A DNA stretch of 64,000 bases, taken from assembly GCF_963921235.1 (NCBI RefSeq), contig NC_086097.1, positions 63,490,001 to 63,554,000 of the forward strand. The letters are read 5' to 3'. Shown here piece by piece: positions 12,960 through 26,739 of this stretch; positions within the stretch are counted from its first letter, which is position 1; every line of letters begins with the position of its first letter. Both the position numbers and the translations under genes were made by a program. The notes below the pieces were generated by a model. The model saw nothing but the letters and a program-made list of their open reading frames with translations. It was not told the DNA's origin and did not search any database. This stretch comes from Mobula hypostoma (Eukaryota).

Positions 12960-13748
12960 TTAATAATAAATAAATAAGGGATGGGATACGAAGGGGAGGT
13001 GGGCATTAATGGAAGTTAGAGAAGTCAATGTTCATGCCATCAGGTTGGAGGCTACCCAGATGGAATATAAGGTGTTGTTCCTCCAACCTGAGTGTGGTTT
13101 CATCTTTACAGTAGAGGAGGCCGTGGATAGACATGTCAGAATGGGAATGGGATGTGGAATTAAAATGTGTGGCCACTGGGAGATCCTGCTTTCTCTGGCG
13201 GACAGAGCGTAGATGTTCAGCAAAGCGGTCTCCCAGTCTGCGTCGGGTCTCGCCAATATATAAAAGGCCACATCGGGAGCACCGGACGCAGTATATCACC
13301 CCAGCCAACTCACAGGTGAAGTGTTGCCTCTCCTGGAAGGACTGTCTGGGGCCCTGAATGGTGTTAAGGGAGGAAGTGTAAGGGCATGTGTAGCACTTGT
13401 TCCGCTTACAAGGATAAGTTCTGGGAGGGAGATCAGTGGGAGGGGATGGGGGGAGCGGGGACAAATGGACAAGGGAGTTGCGTAGGGAGCGATCCCTGCA
13501 GAAAGCCGGGGGGGGTGAGGGAAAGATGTGCTTAGTGGTGGGATCCCATTGCAGGTGGTGGGAGAATTATATGTTGGACCCGGAGGCTGGTGGGGTGGTA
13601 GGTGAGGACAAGGGGAATCCTATTCCTAGTGGGGTGGCGGGAGGATGGGGGATGGGATCTCTTACTATCTCTTCTTCCAGTTAGTCCGAAACATTGACTG
13701 TACCTCTTCCTATAGATGCTGTATGGCCTGCTGCGTTCACCAGCATTT
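12960..13748 (-). mobile_element. Penelope-like element fragment with an intact-looking GIY-YIG frame (13006-13464) and an inverted plus-strand tail (about 13657-13748)
   Basis: GVIYCVRC...YIGETRRRLGDRFAEH. 15-bp TSD ttgaagtatgcatta at 12945-12959 and 13749-13763. Confidence 0.88.
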
Positions 13749-14380
13749 TTGAAGTATGCATTACATTCATTCTGAAGCCCTGCCTTGTTATGAGTGGTCT
13801 GTAACTAAGGGCCCAAAAAAGAGCATTGTGATTTTCTGAACATTACTTTCAGAGTAGACCTGCAAGTGATTTCACAAATTTTGATTAAAATCATGGTAAG
13901 TGTATTTTTGATAAAAATTATATTGTGAGTCATACTTAAATGCTGTGATCTGCAATGGAAATTTAGGATAAAATCATTATTTTAGCAGCAATTTTGTTTC
14001 CCTTTGTACTATGAAAACTATTGCTTATTCTGGAGTTTCAGCTATTAACACGTGGTATGATTAAAAAAGAAAGCTGCCAGTTATGCAGATCTGAAGCATT
14101 TGAAGTGTGAAACAGATTTACATTGCAAGATACCATTATTCCCTGTGGAGAGGGGAGATGGCCTTTCTGAGCAATAAGCCTAATTCATCAAAAGTTTAGT
14201 AATTATGGAGTTTTTCTTGTTCTGATGTAATGCACAAAACTGCTTTGATTTTAAAATAAAACACGCAACATTTTAATGTATGTTTATGTATTACTACCCT
14301 ATTTCCAACAAAGTTCTACCAGCTCAGCAATGTTAAATTCACTCTTTACTTTGTTATAAACCTACAGATGCCCAAGCAAT

Positions 14381-14600
14381 GGGGCAGCACGGTGGCATTG
14401 TGGTTAGAGTAATGCTATTACAGTGCCAGAGTCCTGGGTTCAATTCACTCTGCTCTGTAAGGAGTTTATATAAGTGGATTTCCTCCGGATGCTCTGGTTT
14501 CCTCCCACATTCCAAATACATGGCTTGGTAGGTTAATTAGTCACATCGGTGTAATTGGGCTCTTCGGACTGGAAGAGTCTGTTACCATGCATAAATAAAC
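14381..14600 (+). mobile_element. tRNA-derived V-type SINE (HE1-like)
   Basis: A-box-like tggcattgtgg, B-box ggttcaattc, central ggtttcctcccacattccaaa, (aata)n tail. Confidence 0.75.
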
Positions 14601-16170
14601 AATAAAAATCAAGGGTTAAAAAGTATTACAAAACAGTGAAACTCTGTTTCAGCATAAAGGAACCTACTTTGTCATTAATTAACTTCCTGATGATGATTGT
14701 CAATATATATCTCACAGGATTAATTTTAACAAATGCGTAATTTACATAGTGGGTTACTTAATACAATAAGCAAGCAGACACAACAGAAAATATCCTGAAG
14801 GGAAACACCCTGGAAGTGCACAGTGTTGGACCACTTGTGCAGACTCATTCTATGCACCTTTTGTCATCCTCGTTCTCTTAACCAGTGATTCATCAGTGGG
14901 TACAACTCAGCTCCTAGAAAACTGCTGACTTGCTATGATAGAGACTGCGTCTGGCTTTGCAGGACAACAAATCCTTGTGGTTGCCATAGGAAAACGCCAC
15001 CCTGGACAGCAGGTCTGGCTGACAACTGCAACAGCAGATGAGTGATCTGATGGTGTGTAGAAATGTGATTGATGTATGCAGCTCGATGTCAGGTAACTCC
15101 ACAAAATGATTCAACAGTGTACGTTTCGCAGCTTCCAAGGATGTCTCCCACTAAGAGTTGTCAGATCATTGCTAAAAGGGGGAAATGAAGTGATAAGGAG
15201 GAAATAAAGAAAACCTCAATGAGATAGACCTGCGAACCATGGAACTGGAACCACATCTACGGTAAGAACACATTTAATTCAAGTTAAACAAACAGTAACT
15301 AAAAATTGACTAAAATTTCTATTCCAGCATGGTAGAAGGATACAAAGCACCCATGAATGAAGTTCTAAAACAGTGTCTCTTTCCTTTTCTAAACCCCTAT
15401 AGTCTGACTGTTCACGGTGAATTAACAAACTCGATTCTATCAGGTTTTTAATTCATCCACAAAAGCCCTTCGAAAATGTTAATGGTCAAATCACTGCTAC
15501 ACTGAAACCCCATCAACATCTCATCAAGCTGCTGATAAACATAGAACTTTCTCCCAGCAAAACACCTTTACAAAATAATGATCAAAATATCAGACAGCAT
15601 TACCTTCCCTAGAGAAGATAACAGATTAATTCATTGACACAGGAGTGTAATAGTCATTTCACAGAATTGCAGCAAAAGGTAAAGATTATGATAAAGATAA
15701 TATATTCAAAGGGGATATGGATGCATCAAACAGATTGTCATGAGTGTGATATTTCGTATTAAAAATTAAGGAAGATACAGGCAAACTTTAGCAACTTGCA
15801 AGGAGACTGCAGACAACATCGATCCTCCTGTACACGTGGGAACAGATTCTACCAAGTGAAGCAGGATAACTAACGTTCAAAATCATTCAAGTGTGAAAGA
15901 GAACTGTACATGTAAGTAATATTTGAAGTTAAAGGCCATCTTGTTAGGAATAATACACTGGTTACTGTTAAGCTGTGTATGGTCCTTACAGTACAGGGGA
16001 TATATGAATTCATGGTATTTTGTAGGTTTTTTTAATCACAGAGTTCTTCAGTAGTTTCTTGCAATATGTTAATATTGTATTTATATTATTTCATTTCTGG
16101 TGTTTGCTTATTCTTAATAACATTTTAAAAGAGCCCCTGGGCTGTTCGGCTCTGTAAGCCTTGACTAGTA

Positions 16171-16470
16171 TTGGGCATCACATTGGCCTAGCGGTTAGCA
16201 CAAAGTTATTAAAGCTCAGGGTTCAGAATTCAGAGTTCAATTCTGACATCATCTGAAAGAAGTTTGTACATCCTCCCCATGAACACGTTGGTTTCCTCTG
16301 GGTGTTCCCATTCCATTCCACATTCCAAAGATCTACCTGTCCGCAGGTGAATTGAGCATTGTAAATTGTCCTGTGATTAGGTTAGGGTGAAATCCGTGGG
16401 TTGCGGACACCGTGGCTCAAAAGGCTGGAAGACCCTATTCCACATTATATCTCTAAATAATAAATAAAAA
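16171..16470 (+). mobile_element. tRNA-derived V-type SINE (HE1-like)
   Basis: tggcctagcggttagc A box, gagttcaattc B box, ggtttcctctgggtg...cacattccaaag core, (aata)n tail. Confidence 0.7.
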
Positions 16471-17068
16471 TTTACGCTAAGCCGGTGGATTGGACTGAAC
16501 ACAGAACAGGAGCAAGAGACAGCTACCGACAGAATGGCATCAACTATAGGCATCAATAGCACTCTCATTTCTATGATAGGTGTCAGGTCCCAGCCCACCA
16601 CAGAATCTTAAGCACATAAGCAAGACCAATACTTCATTGCTGTAATGAAGGAGCGCTGTATCCCTAGAAATGCTCTTTTAAATGTGACATTAAACTGTGG
16701 ACCACAAAAGTGTTAGACAAGACCGAGCATTTCCCACTGTAAGGTGCTCAAAGAAGGCACTTTACTGTCGTCGTGGGAAACTGTGAATGTGAACACATTG
16801 CGGCATCAAACCAGTGGCAGTGCACCCACAAAGCACACCAGGGGATCTCCCACTCCTTAATCCTAAATGGGTAAATTGTAACCTGGCCTTTGTGCTTCTC
16901 TTCTCTTCTGAGATCAAAGGCAGCGATGAGAGAAAGGAAAATATACTGAATAAAATTTTTTAAATAGGTCAATAGAGGTCAAATAACAAAGCAGAGAAGA
17001 AAAGTTTAGCCTAGAAATAACTTGATCTTCCTAAGGTTAGATATTTAAGGTTTAGTGAATAAAATAGC

Positions 17069-17746
17069 AACACACATCAAAGTTGCTGGTGAACGCAGCA
17101 GGCCAGGCAGCATCTCTAGGAAGAGGTACAGTCGACGTTTCGGGCCGAGACCCTTCATCAGGACTAACTGAAAGAAGAACTAGTAAGAGATTTGAAAGTG
17201 GCAGGGGGAGGGGGAGATCCAAAATGATAGGAGAAGACAGGAGGGGCAGGGATGGAGCCAAGAGCTGGACAGGTGATTGGCAAAAGGGATATGAGAGGAT
17301 CATGGGACAGGAGGCCCAGGGAGAAAGAAAAGGTGGAGGGAGGGAAAAAACCCAGAGGATGGGCAAGGGATATAGTGAGAGGGACAGAGGGAGAAAAAGG
17401 AGAGAGGGAAAAAGAATGTGTGTATATTAATAAATAAATAACAGATGAGGTGGGGGATTAGCGGAAGTTTGAGAAGTCAATGTTCATGTCATCAGGTTGG
17501 AGGCTACCCAGACGGAATATAAGGTGTTGTTCCTCCAACCTGAGTGTGGCTTCATCTTTACAGTAGAGGAGGCCGTGGATAGACATGTCAGAATGGGAAT
17601 GGGATGTGGAATTAAAATGTGTGGCCACTGGGAGATCCTGCTTTCTCTGGCGGACAGAGCATAGGTGTTCAGCGAAACAATCTCCCAGTCTGCGTCAGGT
17701 CTCACCAATATATAGAAGGCCACATCAGGAGCACCAGACGCAGTAT
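17069..17746 (-). mobile_element. Penelope-like element, 5'-truncated, no inversion
   Basis: GIY-YIG C-terminal remnant plus terminal repeat. 10-bp TSD ataaaatagc at 17059-17068 and 17747-17756. Confidence 0.85.
17130..17165 (-). ncRNA. Minimal hammerhead ribozyme, intact core
   Basis: Minus strand reads agtc CTGATGA agggtctcggccc GAAA CGTC gact. Confidence 0.8.
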
Positions 17747-20700
17747 ATAAAATAGCCTCACTTTTACTGAAGTATCATGATCTGCAGTCGGCACAGCAGT
17801 GGTGAAATCCATCTCATCCATCTCCCAAACACTTGTTCATATGTGCAGGATGTCCATTGAACCAGGTGTTCATAAACTTGGTGAGGACGAGTGCAGTCTG
17901 TTACTTCATTTAATTATAACCACTTCTCACCAAAGCACTCAAATCAGCATTTCGAGCTGTCTTCTTCGGTTACACTGCTAAATCTTGATTTCATGTCCAT
18001 TAAATGCTCAATTTAACTTGGAGAAAGGTTCTGAAATTTCATTTTGACTGATTAGAAATACTGGATGAGGTACCTAATTAATGATCTTCAGCCAGGACTG
18101 AACATACAAAATGACGTATTTTTGAAAACACTGCTGACATCATAGGTTGAGGTACTATTTAAAACTCAGCCAATATTCTTTCAATGGTGATTATCTGAAC
18201 TCACATACCACTTACAAAGCTGTTTGCAGTCTGAACAGTGGTAATTAGAATACAAAATGGAAATTTTAGCAAGAGATATGCATTTATGACACTGCTATTC
18301 ATAATGAAATTGAGCTTTGAAATTACAATGAGTAAAATTGACAACTGGCATGTTGATCTCTCATGAAGTTCCTTTGTCTCCTGTATAATCATAGACAACT
18401 CAACTATTTTACACAAACTAATAGAAACTAAATTTGGTAGCCCAGGAAAATAAGTGTGTGGATCATGATGCATGACTTATCCATGCTATTTTGACCCACT
18501 GAAGAATGCACTAAAAATTTCCAGTTACAAGCAAAATATTGTAATTTTAGCATCAGATATTATTATCTGCACTTTTGCAGGCCAACTCATTTCTCTTCTC
18601 TTCCTGTACTTGAAGAGGCTGAATTTGTATAATTGTTATGTTCAGGAGAGCAGGCAGTAACAAATTTAGAAACACACTCTGCATTATGAACATCCAAGGC
18701 AGTCCAGGTACAGTAGTTTTATACCCCAATAATTTGAACATTTGTGTTCTATATGGGAAATTAACACATTTATACAGAATTCCCTTCTGCAGGTTTTAGA
18801 CTGGAGTGCAGAAGCAAGTGTTCAACAGATTCCAACTTCCTGTGATGCCACATTTGTTCTGGCATGATGGTTCAAAATATGGCAAAACTGCCCACTGCTA
18901 AGTAAATGAATCGTAGCTCTTTCTTGGAAGCCGAGATTTTCTGATCTTTTGACGCTGTGAAGATGGTTGTGAACCAGCTGGATATTCAGAGCAATGTCGC
19001 AGCCCAGTGTGTTAATACACAAATCAAGTTACTGTTGCATCGTGATTGATGTAATCTGCCTATTCTGAACATTGGGCATGCACAGATGAGGCGCCCTAGA
19101 CCAACTTTTGAATAGGGCCAATAGCTCAGTGTAAGCTAGAAAAGTGTGCACCACATCATGGTGAAAAATTTAGCCTAGTTTTCACCTTAAACCACCCAAA
19201 CAATGACAACAATGGACTTAATTCTGCAACTAATATCACCACTTAAATAGTACAGATGAAATTTATCTGAATACACTATAACATCATAAAAAAAGGTATT
19301 GTATTTCTTCAATAGTATTACAAGGCATGGTACTTCTTCAGAATCTTTAAAAAGTGCAATATCACCTATGAATTTACAGCAATATTTTATAAATTGATCA
19401 AGGTTAAATCAGAAATCAGAATCAGGTTTAATATCACTGACATATGTTGTGAAATTTGTTGTAGGATCAAGAGTGCTGTGCTCATTGAAAGAATATTTAT
19501 AACATTTGGGTGGAGCCTGGCCCCTGACAGGAGGCACAGCCTGCTGTTTGGACAGTTTAAACATCGGCCCAGGTAAACTGGAAAGGCAGGATGTCGAGAA
19601 TCAGGCAAGGCTGGATCACTCTAAGCACCAAGCTGATTTGGAGAAGTTGAGATGGCTTCTTCGGCAGTGAAATCTCGGCCCGAAGTGAATCACTAGGCAG
19701 TGTGTTCTAGACCTGGAGCGATACGCCAAGGTGGAGCCCAGGCCCTAATGTGAGGTGCGGTCCAATGTTCGGACAATTTAAATGCCGGCCCAGATAAACT
19801 GGGGACTCCTCTCTCCACAACTTTGAGGCTGTGAGACTGCCCTTGGCTGCTGTGCTTCATGTCTGCGATTTGCTCCGCTAATACGGTGAATTGACTATCA
19901 AGTCTTTGGGCCTACTCTGGGCTGACTCATTTCGGTTTGAAATGCTATTGGTTGTTGCTCGCTTCTATTCTTTGCGTAGTTTGTGGTTTTTTTCTCTCTT
20001 TCTCTGCATGTTGGGGATTGGTCATTATTTTTTTTAATTGGGTTCTTTCCAGTTTCTTGCTTTGCAGCTGCCTGTAAGCAGACAAATCTTATGGTGGTAT
20101 CATTTATACATTCTTTGATAATAAATGTACTTTGAATCTTGAATCTTTGAAATGGCTCTTTTTCAAGATTGCAGGCACATACCTGGAAATTCACGTCTCC
20201 TAGTTCCATTAACATTTTTCTCATCTTGTAACTAGCCATTTAGCACAAATACTGTAAACTCCGCGGCAGGTTAATGAATTTTACAACATTTATACTGATT
20301 AAGTAGCTTGTTAACTCCACACAAAGCATTAAAAGATCACCATTACATTTGGGTTGTTGACTGTGCCTTTATAATCTACTGAAGAAATTCACATCACAGT
20401 CAGCACACACGGCAAAACCTCGATTTTATTAACACAGTTAAAACAACAAAGGGACTTGACACTCTTGCAAGGCATTTATAAAGGATAACAAATCCCTTAT
20501 CTCTTTGATATTCGTGAAATATTACTTCGTAGTAATTGTATATTTTAAGCAAGCATTGTTTGGTAGAAACATTTAGATAAAATAAATGTTTTACCTTCCA
20601 GTCAGGCATCATCTGGGAATTTTTTCTCCGCTACTTAGAGAATAGCACAGCTAAGCCACAAGGCATTCATCAAATGTCCACAATAACTATTTAGTGAAAG

Positions 20701-20966
20701 CAATCAATAGCAAAATTTGATCGTCAAAGAGAGTAACTATGCGACTATAGTTCACTCAGGTCTCTCAGACATGGCATGATGAACATTAGCGACCCTTTCA
20801 CTATTGTAATAACACCATCACACTACATAAGGACCAAGGAGAAACGAACAGTCCTAGGCATTATAAAAATATGAGAGACAGCTGCTGAACATTACCCCTT
20901 ATGCACTCTGCTCGTTTGGTTTGCATAATTTTACAATAGTATAGTTGGTAGATAAATAAAAAGATC

Positions 20967-21987
20967 CAAGGTTGTCAAGCCGAGGGGTGGTAGTGGGGAC
21001 AAGCTCCCACTAGCTAATGGTGCTCCTCACGGCATGCGCCTCAAATAGCCTCTGACAACCAAGTCCAAATCCTGGCCTTCTCGTGTGGCTTAGCCTCTAA
21101 GCCCGGTGGAACTGTTTCTACTGACAGGAGAAGGGGTGAAGGCGGGTCCTGGCGTTTTAAAACCAGTGCTTCGGGTAGATGGAGCTCGTCAGCCTGGGAA
21201 GGCAGTCCATCTAAGAAAGGGAAAACTCTGATTTCAAACCTCCGCTGCCTTGCGGCCATACCCACTCATGGGAAAGGCTTCGGGAGTAAACCCTGAGGAC
21301 AAATCCAGAGCTGGAGTCCCAAAGGCAGTCCGACGTTGCCTTCAACCTCGTTCTTGCAACTCCTGCGATGACACTGGTGCCAAGCTGTATCGGCCCTTGC
21401 CCTTCCCTTGGACAACATCAGTGTCGTGGAGAGCGGAGTCTTGCAGCATGGGCAACTACTGGTCTTCCATACAACCTTGTCCAGGCCTGCAGCGTTGCCT
21501 CACCGTAACGGCACAACACGGAAAGCAGCAGTCTGCCGGTTATAAGCCTGTGCTCGACTGGCGTACAGCAAGGCGCCAGGGGTTGCTCTCGACGGAGAGA
21601 GAGACCATCGTGTCTCACTGGACAGCTACCGGCCGCCTCAAACTGGGCAGCCCCCAGACAATTAGGTGCTGTCCCACCCCAGTCCGCCCGCTCCACTGGG
21701 TGTGTGGGGCTTAGGGTACAAGTAGCCCGAACTGCGGACTGTAAACGCTGCACCAAGCACAACTAGGAGACAAAGAAAGAAGCCAGCACTCAGACTAGGA
21801 TGCTGGAATATACAGACCGTTCACCGAGACAACACTGGAGGACAGTGCCTTCAAGTGCAGTCGCTGCAGCCGAGACTGTCACTCCCGTGTGGGACTCTAC
21901 AACCACAACAGACGCTGCTCTAACACAGACTGAAGCAAAACTTTCCAGGTGCAGATCCATGGTCTCGCGAGACTAACGGATGCCACC
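20967..21987 (+). mobile_element. Non-autonomous, internally deleted RTE-clade element
   Basis: Long GC-rich 5'UTR, ORF start LRLGCWNIQT joined directly to the C-terminal Zn finger FKCSRCSRDCHSRVGLYNHNRRC*, short 3'UTR, 9-bp TSD aaaaagatc at 20958-20966 and 21988-21996. Confidence 0.8.
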
Positions 21988-22841
21988 AAAAAGATCAGTA
22001 ACTGATTTGTTAAAGGGTGATTGGCTTCTTGAAGAGTGTTCTCCATCTGGCTAGGAAATAATTGTTTCTATCATTGTTCTGTATGTTTAACAGTGAGAAA
22101 AGATTTGCAAACAATACTTCATTTTCAGTTTATGGAAGCACTTTAAGATATTCTTAATTATAAACATATCTTCTGTCATAAGTGAAAACTCTAAACTAGG
22201 TATATCCCTCTTCACTGGTGGAAGAGTCAAATATCTGATGGGACATGCACAAAATACTGGACAAAGACATAAGTTTGTGTATTCCTGTTTCTGTGATTGA
22301 AGATTAGCCAATGTAGGAATAACCTGTTGTATTCATGAATACTACTGGGTTGCTTTCTTGTGCCTCATTCAACGTGAGTGCATTCCATTGCATCTCAGGG
22401 ACACCAGGCTCTGATGCAATTTCTCAATCTTATCTACTGCATCTAGTAACCTGTACCTTATTCAAAAGGGGTGGCTCCAGGGACTTTGCATGCATTAATA
22501 TTAAACCTGGAGCATACTGCCAGCAGATTAACAGGCAGCATCGGTAAAATCACTAATCAAGAAAGGAAGGGAAACAAAATAGGAATTGTGACGTTGAAGG
22601 TTTTCATTGCAAGTACATTCATAAATCGTTGAGATCCAGTCATGTCAAAAAGCTGCCAAGTGCTGTTGCAATCTAACTGAAACTGTTCTATCTTCTAGCT
22701 GAATTTGAACATAGAATTGTACAACACAGGCATGTTGGCCCACCAGGTTTGTGCCAACAATAATGTCAATTTAATTTAATCCTATTTACCCGCACATTGG
22801 CCATATCTCTCTATTCCCTGCTTGTCCATGTCCATCTAGAT

Positions 22842-22914
22842 CAGACGTTCTCCAACTGGGGTCCATGGGCCTCTCGGTTAATGATAGTGACATAAAAAAG
22901 GTTGGGAACCCCTG
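22842..22914. mobile_element. 73-bp hAT-type MITE relic
   Basis: Degenerate TIRs cagacgttctccaac / gttgggaacccctg and an 8-bp TSD-like pair atctagat / gtccagat. Confidence 0.55.
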
Positions 22915-23244
22915 GTCCAGATGCTTCTAAAGCTGTGCTTTAACATCTGCTTCTACCACCTCCTCTAGAGGCATGTTACAGATATTTTTGCACACCCTCC
23001 AATGTTTCCATATCTTAGAATGATGTGAAACACAACGCCATCACGTGGAGGGTCGTGCAGAACAAATAATGTCAAAAATCATATGTTATATACCCTGAAA
23101 CTTGGCTACTCCTTGCTTACATGCCTGATTGAATGCCAAACCTTTAAATATTCCTAATGAATATGAAATATTGTTTGCAAATCTTTTCCCACTGATATTT
23201 CTGAATGTTCCAAAAGCTATTAAAATTAGTGAAACCATTAGCAT

Positions 23245-23490
23245 GCACAGGTTCCTGGAAGAACTCAGCAAGTTAGGCAGCATCTATGCAGGGGAATAAA
23301 CAGTCAGTATTTTGGGCCAAGACCCTCAATCAAGACTGGAAAGGAAGAGGACAGAAACCAGAACATGAGGGGACGGAGTATAAGTTATGAGGTGATAGGT
23401 GAGACCAGGTGAGGGGGAAGGTGGGTGGGGGAAGGGGAGGATGAGTAAAAAGCTGTGGGGTGGGGATCAATGGAAGAGATAAAGAGAAAC
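23245..23490 (-). mobile_element. Older Penelope-derived terminal-repeat copy with decayed hammerhead
   Basis: ctggaagaactcagcaag...cagcatctatg...gggccaagaccctcaatcaagactg, similar to the family tail. Confidence 0.6.
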
Positions 23491-23819
23491 TATTAACATG
23501 CCGTCTTCTTGCTACTATCATCAGATAGGAGCCTTAGATCCCGGACCACCAGGTTCAGGAACTCTTACTACCCTACAACAACCAGCGTCCTGAACTGGCA
23601 TAGATAACTTCATTCACACTACTTTAAACTGATTCTATGGCCTCCACACTCGCTTTCAAGGGAGCTTTTGCAATTCCAGCTCTAAGTATTATTTTTATAT
23701 GCGAAATTTGTCTTCATTCTGCACATTGGTTGTTTGTCAGTCTATCAATTTATGTATAGTTTTTTTGTAAAATTCTGTTGTATTTCTCTTTTCATGTAAA
23801 TGCCTGAAAGACAATGATT

Positions 23820-24555
23820 CTCAGCGTTATCATTTCAAAGGATCTGCCTTGGGTCCAACATGTAATTGCACAGCAGCGCCTCGACTTTCTTAGAAGTTTG
23901 TGAAGACTCAGCATGTCATCTAAAGCTCTGACAAGCTTCTACGGATGCACGGTGGAGAGTCTACTGACTGGTTGCATCATGGCCTGGTATGGAAACACCA
24001 AGGCCCTTGAAAGGAAAAGCCTACCAAATGGAGTGGATACTACCCAGTCCATCACAGGGAAAACCCTCCCCACCATTGAATACATCTACAAGAAGCACTG
24101 TCACAGGAAAACAGCATCCATCAAGGACCCCCGCTATCCAGTCCATGCTCTCTTCTCATTGCTGCCATCAAGAAGGAGGTACAGGAGCCCAAGGTTCCAG
24201 CACCAGATTCAGGAGTAGTTATTACCTCTCAAACATCAGGTTCTTGAACCAGAAGGGATAACTTCAATCACCCCAATATTGAACTGATTCCACAATCTAT
24301 ATACTCACTTTCAAGGATTCTACACCTCATGTTCTCAATATTTGTTACTTATTTACTTTTTATTATTTTTTTCTTTTTGTATTTGCGCAGTTTATCTTTT
24401 GCATATTGGTTGTTTGTTCTTCTTCGTTGTGTGTAGTTTTTCACTGATTCTATTGTGTTTCTTTGTATCTATTGTGAATGTCCACAATAAAATGAATCTC
24501 AGGGTAGTATATAATGACCTATATGTGCTTTGATAATAAATTTACTCTGAACTTC
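23820..24555 (+). mobile_element. Rex1/Babar-type LINE 3' fragment
   Basis: FYGCTVESLLTGCIMAWYGN, FSLLPSRRRYRS, ataaatttactctgaactt tail. Confidence 0.8.
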
Positions 24556-26739
24556 AAACCTTATTTCAAAAGTTATTAAAACATTTTTAACTAAAGCACT
24601 TAAACAATTATAGATGTTCAAATTCATTCAAAAATAAGGAGTCTATCATCAAAGTTTAACCAACAAAATTCCAGCTAAGATATCCAACTGGATTAAGAGT
24701 TAATGCACTTGCGCAGAAGATCTACATTGCAGCAGTTACATGGACAAATACCAGTATTGGATTGATTGTGGACTTCAGGAAGGAGAAGTTGAGCGATCAG
24801 AAGTGGAAATGGTGAGTAGGTTCAAGGGTGTCATCATCGCCATCAGGGTGTCAACATCTCCGAAGGTCCTCCCTGGACCCAATATAGTGAAGCAGTTATA
24901 AAGAAGGCACAACAGCGGCTCTATTTCATTAGGAGTTTGACAAGACTTGGTATGTCACCAAAGACACTCGCATGTTTCCACAGACATGCCGTGGAAAGCA
25001 TTCTAATTGCTTGCTTCACCATCTGGTGTGTGTGTGTATTTATATATATACACACACACATACATACATATATACATATAATTGTAATTAAGTATTACAA
25101 TGTGGCTACAAAACAACAAATTTCACAACATATGCCATTGCTATTAAACCTGCTTCTGATATTTTACAGAAATCTGCAAGTTCCAATTCAGTGATACTAT
25201 TGAAAATTAAATAGAAATTGTGCGCTTTTTGTATTAAGTAGGAACATTAAAAATAATCAATATTCTGAACAGAAGCTCTATATTGACGTAATACAGTTTT
25301 ATGCCTCATGCCATAATAACTAGAACTGTCACGTAAAGAAATGTGTTTTCTCAAATGATGCCTTTATCTTCATTCACATATTGGTATTACATATAATATA
25401 TAATGTTGATCATGAAATACAGGAGGACAGTTCTGCAGTCAAGGAAGTACTTGCTCAACAAAGGTTTTATTATAGTGTGATGGTTTCATATTAAATTACC
25501 TTCAAGGTATAAATTTAATGTAATTATAGCACTTTAAAAGTGCAGCTGACTGCTGCAATGCTACTGGTAGATAGATGGCAGATCCTTCTGATTCTTCATC
25601 CAGGAAAACATTATTCTTCAGTAAAAACCTACAAGAGTTGGCAAGCAATTTGAACTTGTACAAGAGCAGATTTCCTTTTAAGATTTACGGCCAGGTACCC
25701 CAAGCGTAAAGATCAATAACCCAGGGTGGAAATTAGGTTCACCAATCTTTTGAAGGCTAGTTTCTGACTCCCTATTTCCATGGTTTACCTGGAGGGCAGA
25801 GCCCAGTTTAAGCTTGTTAAAAACTTCAGGACTATGAATGATTCACAGCCTACACTCTTTGTTACTGAGTAGCCCATTATTATCAAGTGCCAGCAGTAGC
25901 CAGAAAGTTTAAGTTTCAATTGTCCATCAGACCTGCAACAATAACTCACTTTCCACCTCCAGAAGAGTGCCCACCCAGCCCAATAAATGGATTACAACAA
26001 AAATATTTTCCACATTATTCTGCCAGTAGAGAAGCAATATGTAGAACACATTGAAATGTGGTTGGCCATGGTAATTAGCCACAAATGGCAGGATTAATTA
26101 AGCATTTAGAAACAGATAAGACATCAGAAAGCACACAGGCAGTACACACCCCATAGCTGCCTAAAACATATTACTTTCAGAAAATAACAATTGAGTACCA
26201 TCAAGAGCATGTACTGTGTCAGTTGTCATCTGTATCAAGGCACTAAATTAGATCTAAAGAAGGCAAATTGCTGATTTGGCAGCTGAAGAGAATGGAAATT
26301 GCATAATTGAGAGGGTGATTAATGAATGAGACAAAAGGCACAGAAAATTGTGATACATTTAAAATATCCATAAAGTTTAGAAAGCAAAACACATGCAGAC
26401 CATACGCCTGATTACTTGGGAACTTTTACTCACGAAACACAGTTAAGAGGAGCACAGCACAGACACTTACACTGCATTTTCCTGGAATCATCAACAAAAT
26501 GGTTCAAAATGAATACATGGACTGTGGATTCAAGTCCATGATTCCAAGAAACACAGTTATAAAGTGTGGTGAAGAACGTAAGAAGTAGGAACAGGAGGAG
26601 GAGTCAGCCAATTGGCCCGTGGAGCCTGCTTTGCCATTCAATAAGATGGTGGCCAATCTGGCCATCGGGTCAGCTCCACCTCCCTGCCTTTTCCCCATAA
26701 GCCTTAGTTCCCCTGCTATGCAAAAGAAGGCATTTGGCA

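Noticed and set aside
17762..17821. Possible minus-strand exon MDEMDFTTAVPTADHDTSVK before GTgagg
   Set aside because: In-frame stop just upstream, no clear nearby acceptor and no recognisable homology.
20183..20239. Possible minus-strand exon MASYKMRKMLMELGDVNFQ before GTatgt
   Set aside because: Short, with a stop immediately upstream; consistent with chance.
21070..21100. HDV-like ribozyme P3/L3 motif (gcc ttctcgtgt ggc) in the RTE leader
   Set aside because: Loop length is atypical, and P1, P2 and the catalytic C could not be assigned.
21250..21714. 154-aa ORF in the RTE leader
   Set aside because: GC-rich UTR with no recognisable domain; probably incidental.
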